Origin: Eledone cirrhosa
Lineage: Eukaryota
Direction of reading: 5' to 3'
Assembly: GCA_964016885.1 (NCBI GenBank)
Contig: CAXHJY010000769.1
Span: 1 to 64,000, forward strand
Length of the DNA stretch: 64,000 bases
Position numbers and translations under genes: made by a program. The notes beneath the pieces were generated by a model, which saw nothing but the letters and a program-made list of their open reading frames with translations, was not told the origin of the DNA and did no database searches. This document shows positions 51,546 through 64,000 of the stretch, piece after piece. Position 1 is the stretch's first letter, and each line of letters opens with the position of its first letter.

Positions 51546-52872
51546 CCCACGTGGCCTCTTAGAAAACTAGGAGTGGAAGAATGGCTCATGAGAGCTGTAC
51601 AAGCCATGTATAGAGGAACAGTCAGCAAGGTTAGAATTAACGATGAATATAGTGATGAATTTAGCGTAATGGTAGGGGTTCACCAGGGCTCCGTTCTTAG
51701 CCCCCTCCTGTTTATTATTGTCCTACAGGCTATAACAGAGGGGTTTAAGACTGGCTGCCCATGGGAACTTCTATATGCAGATGATCTAACTCTCATAGCA
51801 GAATCTATGGCTGAACTAGAGAGGAAGTTTCAAACATGGAAGTATGGCCTTGAATCAAGAGGCCTTAGAGTCAACTTGTCTAAGACTAAGGTTCTAGTAT
51901 GTAGAAAGGAGTATAGGGCACAGGTACCCTCTGGTAAATGGCCATGCTCAGTGTGTAAGAAAGGAGTAGGTAGAAACTCCTTCTATGTCCCAAATGCAAA
52001 CTATGGGTACATAAAAGATGTAGTGGGATTAGAGGTAAGCTATCTAAGAACGTAGATTTTATATGTGGCCTATGCTCAGGTGCAATAAGTAGCAAGGACC
52101 CACTGGATGATATCTCCTTCAACTGCCCAGATGATTCTATAGAAATAGTAGACACCTTCCGTTACCTGGGTGACAAAATCATCAGTGGAGGAGGGTGCTC
52201 TGAAACTAGTAGCCAGAGTTAGAACAGGATGGAAAAAGTTCAGAGAACTAATACCGCTGTTGGCCACAAGGGGTTTTTCTCTAAAAATGAAAGGCGATAT
52301 TACATGGTAGTGAGACCTGGGCATTGTGTGCTGAAGACCTGCATAGATTAGAAAGAAACGAAGCTTGCATGCTCCGATGGATGTGTAATAGTAATGTGTG
52401 CGAAAGACGAAGCATAAACAAACTAAGAGGGAGACTAAGCATAAGAGGAATCAAATGTTGTGTTCTGGAGAGGAGATTGCATTGGTATGGACATGTGATG
52501 TGAGACCTTTGGCGCCATGCAGTTGTACAGAACACCCGACTACCATTGCATACAAACCTACAGCCAGTAGGCACCTCTTAATTCAATGTACACCCCACCG
52601 CCACACCCTACCCCATCCTCCCTCTCCTGTTCCGTCCACTGTGTCAATGGCACAACAGTCCACACTAAGGTGGCCGTGTAGGAGACACGGTAAAAAGGCT
52701 CCCAGTCCACACTGTAAATGTGGTTGGTGTTAGGAAGGGCATCCAGCTGTATAAAACCTGCCAGAGACACTTCCGTGCGAGTGAGACATGGTCTCCCGAC
52801 CATTGCTGCATCAAATGGAACAAAACTGTCTAACCCATGCTAGCGTGGAAGATGGACGTTAAACGATGATGA
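51545..52872 (+). mobile_element. 5'-truncated decayed RTE family 2 copy
   Basis: LRKLGVEEW...HQGS...YADD with frameshifts and a (GAT)n tail. Confidence 0.88.
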
Positions 52873-54702
52873 TATATATATATATATATATATATCTCAT
52901 CATCACCGTTTTACGTCCGTTCTTCCATGCTAGCATGGGTTAGACGGTTTGTCGCATTATGAGACGAGTAGGTGACAACATCTTACTCACACGGATCTGT
53001 ATTTTGGCTTGGTTTCTACAGCTGGATGCTCCAAAACGACAACCTAAAAGAGTGGACTAGGTGTTTCTGTTGTGACACCAGCACAAAAACTGAAAGACTG
53101 CTGCAATAAGTGTGTGAATCTGAAAGGGGAATATGTTGCATAAAATCATAATTAAATGATTCCCCTGTATTTTCTTTTAACCAAAGCAGGGAACTTTTCA
53201 GCATCCCCTTGTGTGTGTGTTTGTCAATATCCTATAAATTAGCAGTTTGACAAAGAGACATTGATAAAATATGTACCAATCATAGAACAAATATGCACTT
53301 CGATTGATATAATTAACTAAGTATCCTCATGGTTGTACCCCAGCATAGCTGAAACCAATAAAATAATGAAATGCTTTGATAGGAATAACAAAAGAAAACT
53401 GACCCCACAGCCCTACAAAGTAATGTTTACTCTGATAAATATGTTGTATAGTTTAAAGAAATCGCAACAATTCCAAATTAATTATTTGACCCAAGTCCTT
53501 TATGTTGTAAACTTATATCAAACCACTCTTGATTCTACGATAGACTTGTATTTATCTTAAGCAGTGAATTGGCAGAATTGTTGGATTAACTGCCTCAATA
53601 TCTGTTCAAATCTGGCAGTAGTCAACTCCGCCATTCATCCTTTCAGGGTTGACAAATAAGGTACCCATCGGGATGAAGGGAGTGATGGTAGGGTGATTAC
53701 TCCTGAAATTGTTAAAGAATCAGATGGGATACTTTATGATATCTGATCCTGTTCTGTACATTCCGAGTTCAAATCCCCTCAATTTTCTGCAAAAAGTTTT
53801 GACTAGTAGATAATATCTGCAATGGAAACACCAATGGAAACAGTTTCTTAGGTTTTATTCTTTCCATTTTTAAAAACTTTCCATCATAATTTTATGTAAG
53901 AACCTTTAAGTTATATTTCAAATACCAACTTAATGAAAAAGTTATGTTATTAAATACCTCCAAATTCTCAATTTTTAAAATGATTTGAAAGCCACAAACA
54001 GCATCTTTCATCAGAAATATGGTAACAAAATGGTTAAGTTACTTTCCCCACTAATCTTCACATGTTTAATTGCTGAGCTTCAGGACATAAACAGCACTGG
54101 CTGTCCAAGCAGTGACAATGCAAAGGAAAGAGGAGTTGATTGCAGCAGGATGTGAACTCAGAATGTCAACAGCCATTACTAAACGATGCAAAGCAATTTG
54201 GCCAACAATTTGGGAATGATGCTGCACATGGCCAACAATTTGGAGATGGAAAATCAATTAACTCAACAACAGTACTGAACTGGTAGTTATGCTGAACCAC
54301 TGCTCTTGTAGTTATAATAGCGATGGTAGCATCATCACCATCATTATACATATCAAGCCAGTACATAACTGTCTTCCCAGATGACTTGAGCAACTGCACT
54401 TCACTAAGACATATTCCATTTTGGCATAGTTTCTTAACAGCTGGATGCCCTTTATAATGCCAGCTACTTTACATGTACTGACTGCATTTTATCATGGTAC
54501 CAGTACTAGAGAGATTGTCATGTCCTTGAATGAATGTATGAATGGTTGGTTTGAGATGGTTAGAAAGATAGTTGGATATACAATCTATGAATGAATGGAT
54601 TGGATGAATAGATAGATTAGATGAAATGGGTCGGTGTAGAGGATGAATGGGGTAGATGGATTAGTTGCAAACATTTGAAGTAAATAAAATAATAATACTA
54701 AC

Positions 54703-54767
54703 CTCTTCAAATCCCATAGTTGTTAATTGAAATACTTTATTTTCTAACTCAAGTATACGCTTAGGTC
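54703..54767 (-). CDS. Internal 65-bp host exon encoding the start of a UBA domain (UBE2K/E2-25K-like, tentative)
   Basis: Acceptor tttctttttctttcAG, donor GAG|GTtagt. Phase 1 to phase 0. Peptide (G)PKRILELENKVFQLTTMGFEE carries the UBA MGF motif. Confidence 0.65.
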
Positions 54768-55044
54768 CTGAAAGAAAAAGAAACACCTGAATGAAACATT
54801 GATTACAAGCATGGAAATGAGGGAATAAAATATATTTGTCTTGTCAGCAAAATCTACATGGGGGCTTTCTGCCCTGGGGTACGGAAAACAAAACTAAGTA
54901 ATGAATAAATTCCTGTGGCTACTGTTCCTATAGCACCATCAGTCATGGTGCCAGTTCCATTTTGGAGGGGGAATGGAAAATTAACTTTTTCATTTGCTAA
55001 AGTGGATGATACCGAGATGCCTTCACGATCCATTGGTGATGATG

Positions 55045-58000
55045 AAGGATGACAGACTGTTGCAACATGAGTAGACAAGAAGGATGACAGACTGTTGTAA
55101 CATGAGTAGACAAGAAGACAAGAAGGATGACAGACTGTTGTAACATGAGTAGACAAGAAGACAAGAAGGATGACAGACTGTTGTAACATGAGTAGACAAG
55201 AAGACAAGAAGGATGACACTGTTGTAACATGAGTAGACAAGAAGACAAGAAAGATGACAGACTGTTGTAACATGAGTAGACAAGAAGACAAGAAGGATGA
55301 CAGACTGTTGTAACATGAGTAGACAAGAAGACAAGAGAGATGACAGACTGTTGTAACATGAATAGACAAGAAGACAAGAGAGATGACACTGTTGTAACAT
55401 GAGTAGACAAGAAGAGAAAGATGACAGACTGTTGTAACATGAGTAGAAAAGAAGACAAGAAAGATGACAGACTGTTGTAACATGAGTAGACAAGAAGACA
55501 AGTATGATGACAGACTGTTGTAACATGAGTAGACAAGAAGACAAGAGAGATGACACTGTTGTAACATAAGAAGACAAGAAAGATGACACTGTTGTAACAT
55601 GAGTAGACAAGAAGACAAGAAGGATGACAGACTGTTGTAAGATGAGTAGACAAGAAGACAAGAAGGATGACAGACTGTTGTAAGATGAGTAGACAAGAAG
55701 ACAAGAAGGATGACAGACTGTTGTAACATGAGTAGACAAGAAGACAAGAAGGATGACAGACTGTTGTAACATGAGTAGACAAGAAGACAAGAGAGATGAC
55801 AGACTGTTGTAACATGAGTAGACAAGAAGACAAGAGAGATGACAGACTGTTGTAACATGAATAGACAAGAAGACAAGAGAGATGACACTGTTGTAACATG
55901 AGTAGACAAGAAGACAAGAAAGATGACAGACTGTTGTAACATGAGTAGACAAGAAGACAAGAGAGATGACAGACTGTTGTAACATGAGTAGACAAGAAGA
56001 CAAGAAGGATGACAGACTGTTGTAACATGAATAGACAAGAACACAAGAGAGATGACAGACTGTTGTAACATGAGTAGACAAGAAGACAAGAAAGATGACA
56101 GACTGTTGTAACATGAGTAGACAAGAAGACAAGAAGGATGACAGACTGTTGTAACATGAGTAGACAAGAAGACAAGAGAGATGACAGACTGTTGTAACAT
56201 GAGTAGACAAGAAGACAAGAAAGATGACACTGTTGTAACATGAGTAGACAAGAAGACAAGAAAGATGACAGACTGTTGTAACATGAGTAGACAAGAAGAC
56301 AAGAGAGATGACAGACTGTTGTAACATGAGTAGACAAGAAGACAAGAAAGATGACACTGTTGTAACATGAGTAGACAAGAAGACAAGAAGGATGACAGAC
56401 TGTTGTTACATGAGTAGACAAGAAGACAAGAAGGATGACAGACTGTTGTAACATGAGTAGACAAGAAGACAAGAAGGATGACAGACTGTTGTAACATGAG
56501 TAGACAAGAAGACAAGAGAGATGACAGACTGTTGTAACATGAGTAGACAAGAAGACAAGAAAGATGACAGACTGTTGTAACATGAGTAGACAAGAAGACA
56601 AGAAAGATGACAGACTGTTGTAACATGAGTAGACAAGAAGACAAGAAGGATGACAGACTGTTGTATACATGAGTAGACAAGAAGACAAGAGAGATGACAG
56701 ACTGTTGTAACATGAATAGACAAGAAGACAAGAGAGATGACACTGTTGTAACATGAGTAGACAAGAAGACAAGAAAGATGACACTGTTGTAACATGAGTA
56801 GACAAGAAGACAAGAAGGATGACAGACTGTTGTAACATGAGTAGACAAGAAGACAAGAAGGATGACAGACTGTTGTTACATGAGTAGACAAGAAGACAAG
56901 AAAGATGACAGACTGTTGTAACATGAGTAGACAAGAAGACAAGAAAGATGACAGACTGTTGTAACATGAGTAGACAAGAAGACAAGAAAGATGACAGACT
57001 GTTGTAACATGAGTAGACAAGAAGACAAGAAGGATGACAGACTGTTGTAACATGAGTAGACAAGAAGACAAGAGAGATGACAGACTGTTGTAACATGAGT
57101 AGACAAGAAGACAAGAAGGATGACAGACTGTTGTAACATGAATAGACAAGAAGACAAGAGAGATGACAGACTGTTGTAACATGAGTAGACAAGAAGACAA
57201 GAAAGATGACAGACTGTTGTAACATGAGTAGACAAGAAGACAAGAGAGATGACAGACTGTTGTAACATGAGTAGACAAGAAGACAAGAGAGATGACAGAC
57301 TGTTGTAACATGAGTAGACAAGAAAGATGACAGACTGTTGTAACATGAGTAGACAAGAAGACAAGAGAGATGACAGACTGTTGTAACATGAGTAGACAAG
57401 AAGACAAGAAAGATGACACTGTTGTAACATGAGAAGACAAGAAGACAAGAAAGATGACAGACTGTTGTAACATGAGTAGACAAAAAGACAAGAAAGATGA
57501 CAGACTGTTGTAACATGAGTAGACAAGAAGACAAGAGAGATGACAGACTGTTGTAACATGAGTAGACAAGAAGACAAGAAGGATGACAGACTGTTGTAAC
57601 ATGAATAGACAAGAAGACAAGAGAGATGACAGACTGTTGTAACATGATTAGACAAGAAGACAAGTATGATGACAGACTGTTGTAACATGAGTAGACAAGA
57701 AGACAAGAGAGATGACACTGTTGTAACATGAGTAGACAAGAAGACAAGAAGGATGACAGACTGTTGTAAGATGAGTAGACAAGAAGACAAGAAAGACAGA
57801 CTGTTGTAAGATGAGTAGACAAGAAGACAAGAAAGATGACAGACTGTTGTAACATGAGTAGACAAGAAGACAAGAGAGATGACAGACTGTTGTAACATGA
57901 GTAGAGAAGAAGACAAGAAGGATGACAGACTGTTGTAACATGAGTAGACAAGAAGACAAGAAGGATGACAGACTGTTGTAACATGAGTAGACAAGAAGAC

Positions 58001-61000
58001 AAGAGAGATGACAGACTGTTGTAACATGAGTAGACAAGAAGACAAGAAAGACAGACTGTTGTAACATGAGTAGACAAGAAGACAAGAAAGATGACAGACT
58101 GTTGTAACATGAGTAGACAAGAAGACAAGAAGGATGACAGACTGTTGTAACATGAGTAGACAAGAAGACAAGAGAGATGACAGACTGTTGTAACATGAGT
58201 AGACAAGAAGACAAGAAAGATGACACTGTTGTAACATGAGTAGACAAGAAGACAAGAAAGATGACAGACTGTTGTAACATGAGTAGACAAGAAGACAAGA
58301 AAGATGACAGACTGTTGTAACATGAGTAGACAAGAAGACAAGAAGGATGACAGACTGTTGTAACATGAGTAGACAAGACAAGAAAGATGACACTGTTGTA
58401 ACATGAGTAGACAAGAAGACAAGAAGGATGACAGACTGTTGTAACATGAGTAGACAAGAAGACAAGAAGGATGACAGACTGTTGTAACATGAATAGACAA
58501 GAAGACAAGAGAGATGACAGACTGTTGTAACATGAGTAGACAAGAAGACAAGTATGATGACAGACTGTTGTAACATGAGTAGACAAGAAGACAAAAGAGA
58601 TGACACTGTTGTAACATGAGTAGACAAGAAGACAAGAAGGATGACAGTCTGTTGTAAGATGAGTAGACAAGAAGACAAGAAAGACAGACTGTTGTAAGAT
58701 GAGTAGACAAGAAGACAAGAAGGATGACAGACTGTTGTAAGATGAGTAGACAAGAAGACAAGAAGGATGACAGACTGTTGTAAGATGAGTAGACAAGAAG
58801 ACAAGAAGGATGACAGACTGTTGTAACATGAGTAGACAAGAAGACAAGAGAGATGACAGACTGTTGTAACATGAGTAGACAAGAAGACAAGAAAGACAGA
58901 CTGTTGTAACATGAGTAGACAAGAAGACAAGAAAGATGACAGACTGTTGTAACATGAGTAGACAAGAAGACAAGAAGGATGACAGACTGTTGTAACATGA
59001 GTAGACAAGAAGACAAGAGAGATGACTGACTGTTGTAACATGAGTAGACAAGAAGATAAGAAAGATGACACTGTTGTAAGATGAGTAGACAAGAAGACAA
59101 GGATGACAGACTGTTGTAAGATGAGTAGACAAGAAGACAAGAAGGATGACAGACTGTTGTAACATGAGTAGACAAGAAGACAAGAAGGATGACAGACTGT
59201 TGTAAGATGAGTAGACAAGAAGACAAGAAGGATGACAGACTGTTGTAACATGAGTAGACAAGAAAACAAGAAAGATGACAGACTGTTGTAACATGAGTAG
59301 ACAAGAAGACAAGAAGGATGACAGACTGTTGTTACATGAGTAGAAGAGAAGACAAGAGAGATGACAGACTGTTGTAACATGAGTAGACAAGAAGACAAGA
59401 AAGATGACAGACTGTTGTAACATGAGTAGACAAGAAGACAAGAAGGATGACAGACTGTTGTAACATGAGTAGACAAGAAGACAAGAGAGATGACAGACTG
59501 TTGTAACATGAGTAGACAAGAAGACAAGAAAGATGACACTGTTGTAACATGAGTAGACAAGAAGACAAGAAAGATGACAGACTGTTGTAACATGAGTAGA
59601 CAAGAAGACAAGAAAGATGACAGACTGTTGTAACATGAGTAGACAAGAAGACAAGAAGGATGACAGACTGTTGTAACATGAGTAGACAAGAAGACAAGAA
59701 GGATGACAGACTGTTGTAACATGAATAGACAAGAAGACAAGAGAGATGACAGACTGTTGTAACATGAGTAGACAAGAAGACAAGTATGATGACAGACTGT
59801 TGTAACATGAGTAGACAAGAAGACAAAAGAGATGACACTGTTGTAATATGAGTAGACAAGAAGACAAGAAGGATGACAGTCTGTTGTAAGATGAGTAGAC
59901 AAGAAGACAAGAAAGACAGACTGTTGTAAGATGAGTAGACAAGAAGACAAGAAGGATGACAGACTGTTGTAACATGAGTAGACAAGAAGACAAGAAGGAT
60001 GACAGACTGTTGTAACATGAGTAGACAAGAAGACAAGAAGGATGACAGACTGTTGTAACATGAGTAGACAAGAAGACAAGAAGGATGACAGACTGTTGTA
60101 ACATGAGTAGACAAGAAGACAAGAAGGATGACAGACTGTTGTAACATGAGTAGACAAGAAGACAAGAGAGATGACAGACTGTTGTAACATGAGTAGACAA
60201 GAAGACAAGAAAGACAGACTGTTGTAACATGAGTAGACAAGAAGACAAGAAAGATGACAGACTGTTGTAACATGAGTAGACAAGAAGACAAGAAGGATGA
60301 CAGACTGTTGTAACATGAGTAGACAAGAAGACAAGAGAGATGACTGACTGTTGTAACATGAGTAGACAAGAAGATAAGAAAGATGACACTGTTGTAAGAT
60401 GAGTAGACAAGAAGACAAGGATGACAGACTGTTGTAAGATGAGTAGACAAGAAGACAAGAAGGATGACAGACTGTTGTAACATGAGTAGACAAGAAGACA
60501 AGAAGGATGACAGACTGTTGTAAGATGAGTAGACAAGAAGACAAGAAGGATGACAGACTGTTGTAACATGAGTAGACAAGAAGACAAGAAAGATGACAGA
60601 CTGTTGTAACATGAGTAGACAAGAAGACAAGAAGGATGACAGACTGTTGTAACATGAATAGACAAGAAGACAAGAGAGATGACACTGTTGTAACATGAGT
60701 AGACAAGAAGACAAGAAGGATGACAGACTGTTGTAACATGAGTAGACAAGAAGACAAGAAGGATGACAGACTGTTGTTACATGAGTAGAAGAGAAGACAA
60801 GAGAGATGACAGACTGTTGTAACATGAGTAGACAAGAAGACAAGAAGGATGACAGACTGTTGTAACATGAGTAGACAAGAAGACAAGAAAGATGACAGAC
60901 TGTTGTAACATGAGTAGACAAGAAGACAAGAAGGATGACAGACTGTTGTAACATGAGTAGACAAGAAGACAAGAGAGATGACAGACTGTTGTAACATGAG

Positions 61001-64000
61001 TAGACAAGAAGACAAGAGAGATGACAGACTGTTGTAACATGAGTAAACAAGAAGACAAGAGAGATGACACTGTTGTAACATGAGTAGACAAGAAGACAAG
61101 AAAGATGACAGACTGTTGTAACATGAGTAGACAAGAAGACAAGAAGGATGACAGACTGTTGTAACATGAGTAGACAAGAAGACAAGAGAGATGACAGACT
61201 GTTGTAACATGAATAGACAAGAAGACAACAGAGATGACACTGTTGTAACATGAGTAGACAAGAAGAGAAAGATGACAGACTGTTGTAACATGAGTAGACA
61301 AGAAGACAAGAAAGATGACAGACTGTTGTAACATGAGTAGACAAGAAGACAAGTATGATGACAGACTGTTGTAACATGAGTAGACAAGAAGACAAGAGAG
61401 ATGACACTGTTGTAACATAAGAAGACAAGAAAGATGACACTGTTGTAACATGAGTAGACAAGAAGACAAGAAGGATGACAGACTGTTGTAAGATGAGTAG
61501 ACAAGAAGACGAGAAGGATGACAGACTGTTGTAACATGAGTAGACAAGAAGACAAGAAGGATGACAGACTGTTGTAACATGAGTAGACAAGAAGACAAGA
61601 AGGATGACAGACTGTTGTAACATGAGTAGACAAGAAGACAAGAAGGATGACAGACTGTTGTAACATGAGTAGACAAGAAGACAAGAGAGATGACAGACTG
61701 TTGTAACATGAGTAGACAAGAAGACAAGAGAGATGACAGACTGTTGTAACATGAATAGACAAGAAGACAAGAGAGATGACACTGTTGTAACATGAGTAGA
61801 CAAGAAGACAAGAAAGATGACAGACTGTTGTAACATGAGTAGACAAGAAGACAAGAGAGATGACAGACTGTTGTAACATGAGTAGACAAGAAGACAAGAA
61901 GGATGACAGACTGTTGTAACATGAATAGACAAGAACACAAGAGAGATGACAGACTGTTGTAACATGAGTAGACAAGAAGACAAGAAAGATGACAGACTGT
62001 TGTAACATGAGTAGACAAGAAGACAAGAAGGATGACAGACTGTTGTAACATGAGTAGACAAGAAGACAAGAGAGATGACAGACTGTTGTAACATGAGTAG
62101 ACAAGAAGACAAGAAAGACAGACTGTTGTAAGATGAGTAGACAAGAAGAGAAGAAAGATGACAGACTGTTGTAACATGAGTAGACAAGAAGACAAGAGAG
62201 ATGACAGACTGTTGTAACATGAGTAGAGAAGAAGGATGACAGACTGTTGTAACATGAGTAGACAAGAAGACAAGAAAGATGACACTGTTGTAACATGAGT
62301 AGACAAGAAGACAAGAAGGATGACAGACTGTTGTTACATGAGTAGACAAGAAGACAAGAAGGATGACAGACTGTTGTAACATGAGTAGACAAGAAGACAA
62401 GAAGGATGACAGACTGTTGTAACATGAGTGGACAAGAAGACAAGAAGTATGACAGACTGTTGTAACATGAGTAGACAAGAAGACAAGAGAGATGACAGAC
62501 TGTTGTAACATGAGTAGACAAGAAGACAAGAAAGATGACAGACTGTTGTAACATGAGTAGACAAGAAGACAAGAAAGATGACAGACTGTTGTAACATGAG
62601 TAGACAAGAAGACAAGAAGGATGACAGACTGTTGTATACATGAGTAGACAAGAAGACAAGAGAGATGACAGACTGTTGTAACATGAATAGACAAGAAGAC
62701 AAGAGAGATGACACTGTTGTAACATGAGTAGACAAGAAGACAAGAAAGATGACACTGTTGTAACATGAGTAGATAAGAAGACAAGAAGGATGACAGACTG
62801 TTGTAACATGAGTAGACAAGAAGACAAGAAGGATGACAGACTGTTGTTACATGAGTAGACAAGAAGACAAGAAAGATGACAGACTGTTGTAACATGAGTA
62901 GACAAGAAGACAAGAAAGATGACAGACTGTTGTAACATGAGTAGACAAGAAGACAAGAAGACAAGAAAGATGACAGACTGTTGTAACATGAGTAGACAAG
63001 AAGACAAGAAGGATGACAGACTGTTGTAACATGAGTAGACAAGAAGACAAGAGAGATGACAGACTGTTGTAACATGAGTAGACAAGAAGACAAGAAGGAT
63101 GACAGACTGTTGTAACATGAATAGACAAGAAGACAAGAGAGATGACAGACTGTTGTAACATGAGTAGACAAGAAGACAAGAAAGATGACAGACTGTTGTA
63201 ACATGAGTAGACAAGAAGACAAGAGAGATGACAGACTGTTGTAACATGAGTAGACAAGAAGACAAGAGAGATGACAGACTGTTGTAACATGAGTAGACAA
63301 GAAAGATGACAGACTGCTGTAACATGAGTAGACAAGAAGACAAGAGAGATGACAGACTGTTGTAACATGAGTAGACAAGAAGACAAGAAAGATGACACTG
63401 TTGTAACATGTGAAGACAAGAAGACAAGAAAGATGACAGACTGTTGTAACATGAGTAGACAAAAAGACAAGAAAGATGACAGACTGTTGTAACATGAGTA
63501 GACAAGAAGACAAGAGAGATGACAGACTGTTGTAACATGAGTAGACAAGAAGACAAGAAGGATGACAGACTGTTGTAACATGAATAGACAAGAAGACAAG
63601 AGAGATGACAGACTGTTGTAACATGAGTAGACAAGAAGACAAGAAAGATGACAGACTGTTGTAACATGAGTAGACAAGAAGACAAGAGAGATGACAGACT
63701 GTTGTAACATGAGTAGACAAGAAGACAAGAAGGATGACAGACTGTTGTAACATGAATAGACAAGAAGACAAGAGAGATGACAGACTGTTGTAACATGAGT
63801 AGACAAGAAGACAAGTATGATGACAGACTGTTGTAACATGAGTAGACAAGAAGACAAAAGAGATGACACTGTTGTAACATGAGTAGACAAGAAGACAAGA
63901 AGGATGACAGTCTGTTGTAAGATGAGTAGACAAGAAGACAAGAAGGATGACAGACTGTTGTAACATGAGTAGACAAGAAGACAAGAAGGATGACAGACTG
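55045..64000. repeat. 43-bp minisatellite (about 210 units, continuing past the window)
   Basis: Unit GACAGACTGTTGTAACATGAGTAGACAAGAAGACAAGA(AG/AA/GA)GAT, with 40-bp and shorter variants. Confidence 0.98.

Noticed and set aside
54066-54410. Possible additional host exon
   Set aside because: No clear splice pair or UBA continuation. QLLKSSGKTVMYWL looks more like an old RT remnant.
54854-63984. Very long minus-strand ORFs (up to 2366 aa)
   Set aside because: The 43-bp unit lacks TTA, CTA and TCA on +, so all three minus frames stay open. The unit length is not a multiple of 3.
55045-64000. CRISPR-like array
   Set aside because: No unique spacers, no cas genes, and a eukaryotic context. It is a head-to-tail minisatellite.

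Overview
This is a eukaryotic window, probably octopus. That is inferred from cephalopod-type SINE heads and tails and very long (TA)/(CATA) microsatellites. About 54 kb is a nested pile of retroelements inserted into or next to TA-rich microsatellites. It holds a near-intact CR1/L2-group LINE with two ORFs, an intact RTE with three C-terminal C2H2 fingers plus a decayed copy, six or more short non-autonomous derivatives of that RTE, and many copies of a second RTE family with a PHD finger after the RT core. It also holds three 3' fragments of an R4/Dong-type restriction-like-endonuclease LINE, two Penelope-like elements (PLEs), a decayed mariner and tRNA-SINEs. The only likely host sequence is a 65-bp minus-strand exon encoding the start of a UBA domain (UBE2K-like). 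A ~9 kb, 43-bp minisatellite then runs off the right end. Most notable: (1) an in-frame A AAT TTT / T TTT TTA slippery site that would fuse LINE ORF1 to an ORF2 with no usable AUG by -1 frameshifting; (2) six distinct hammerhead-ribozyme motifs, including a pseudoknotted one, a U3-A8 core variant and a GUU/U-U family; (3) fold-back palindromes of PLE termini, one centred on the inferred ribozyme cleavage site. All RNA folds were paired by eye, not computed.
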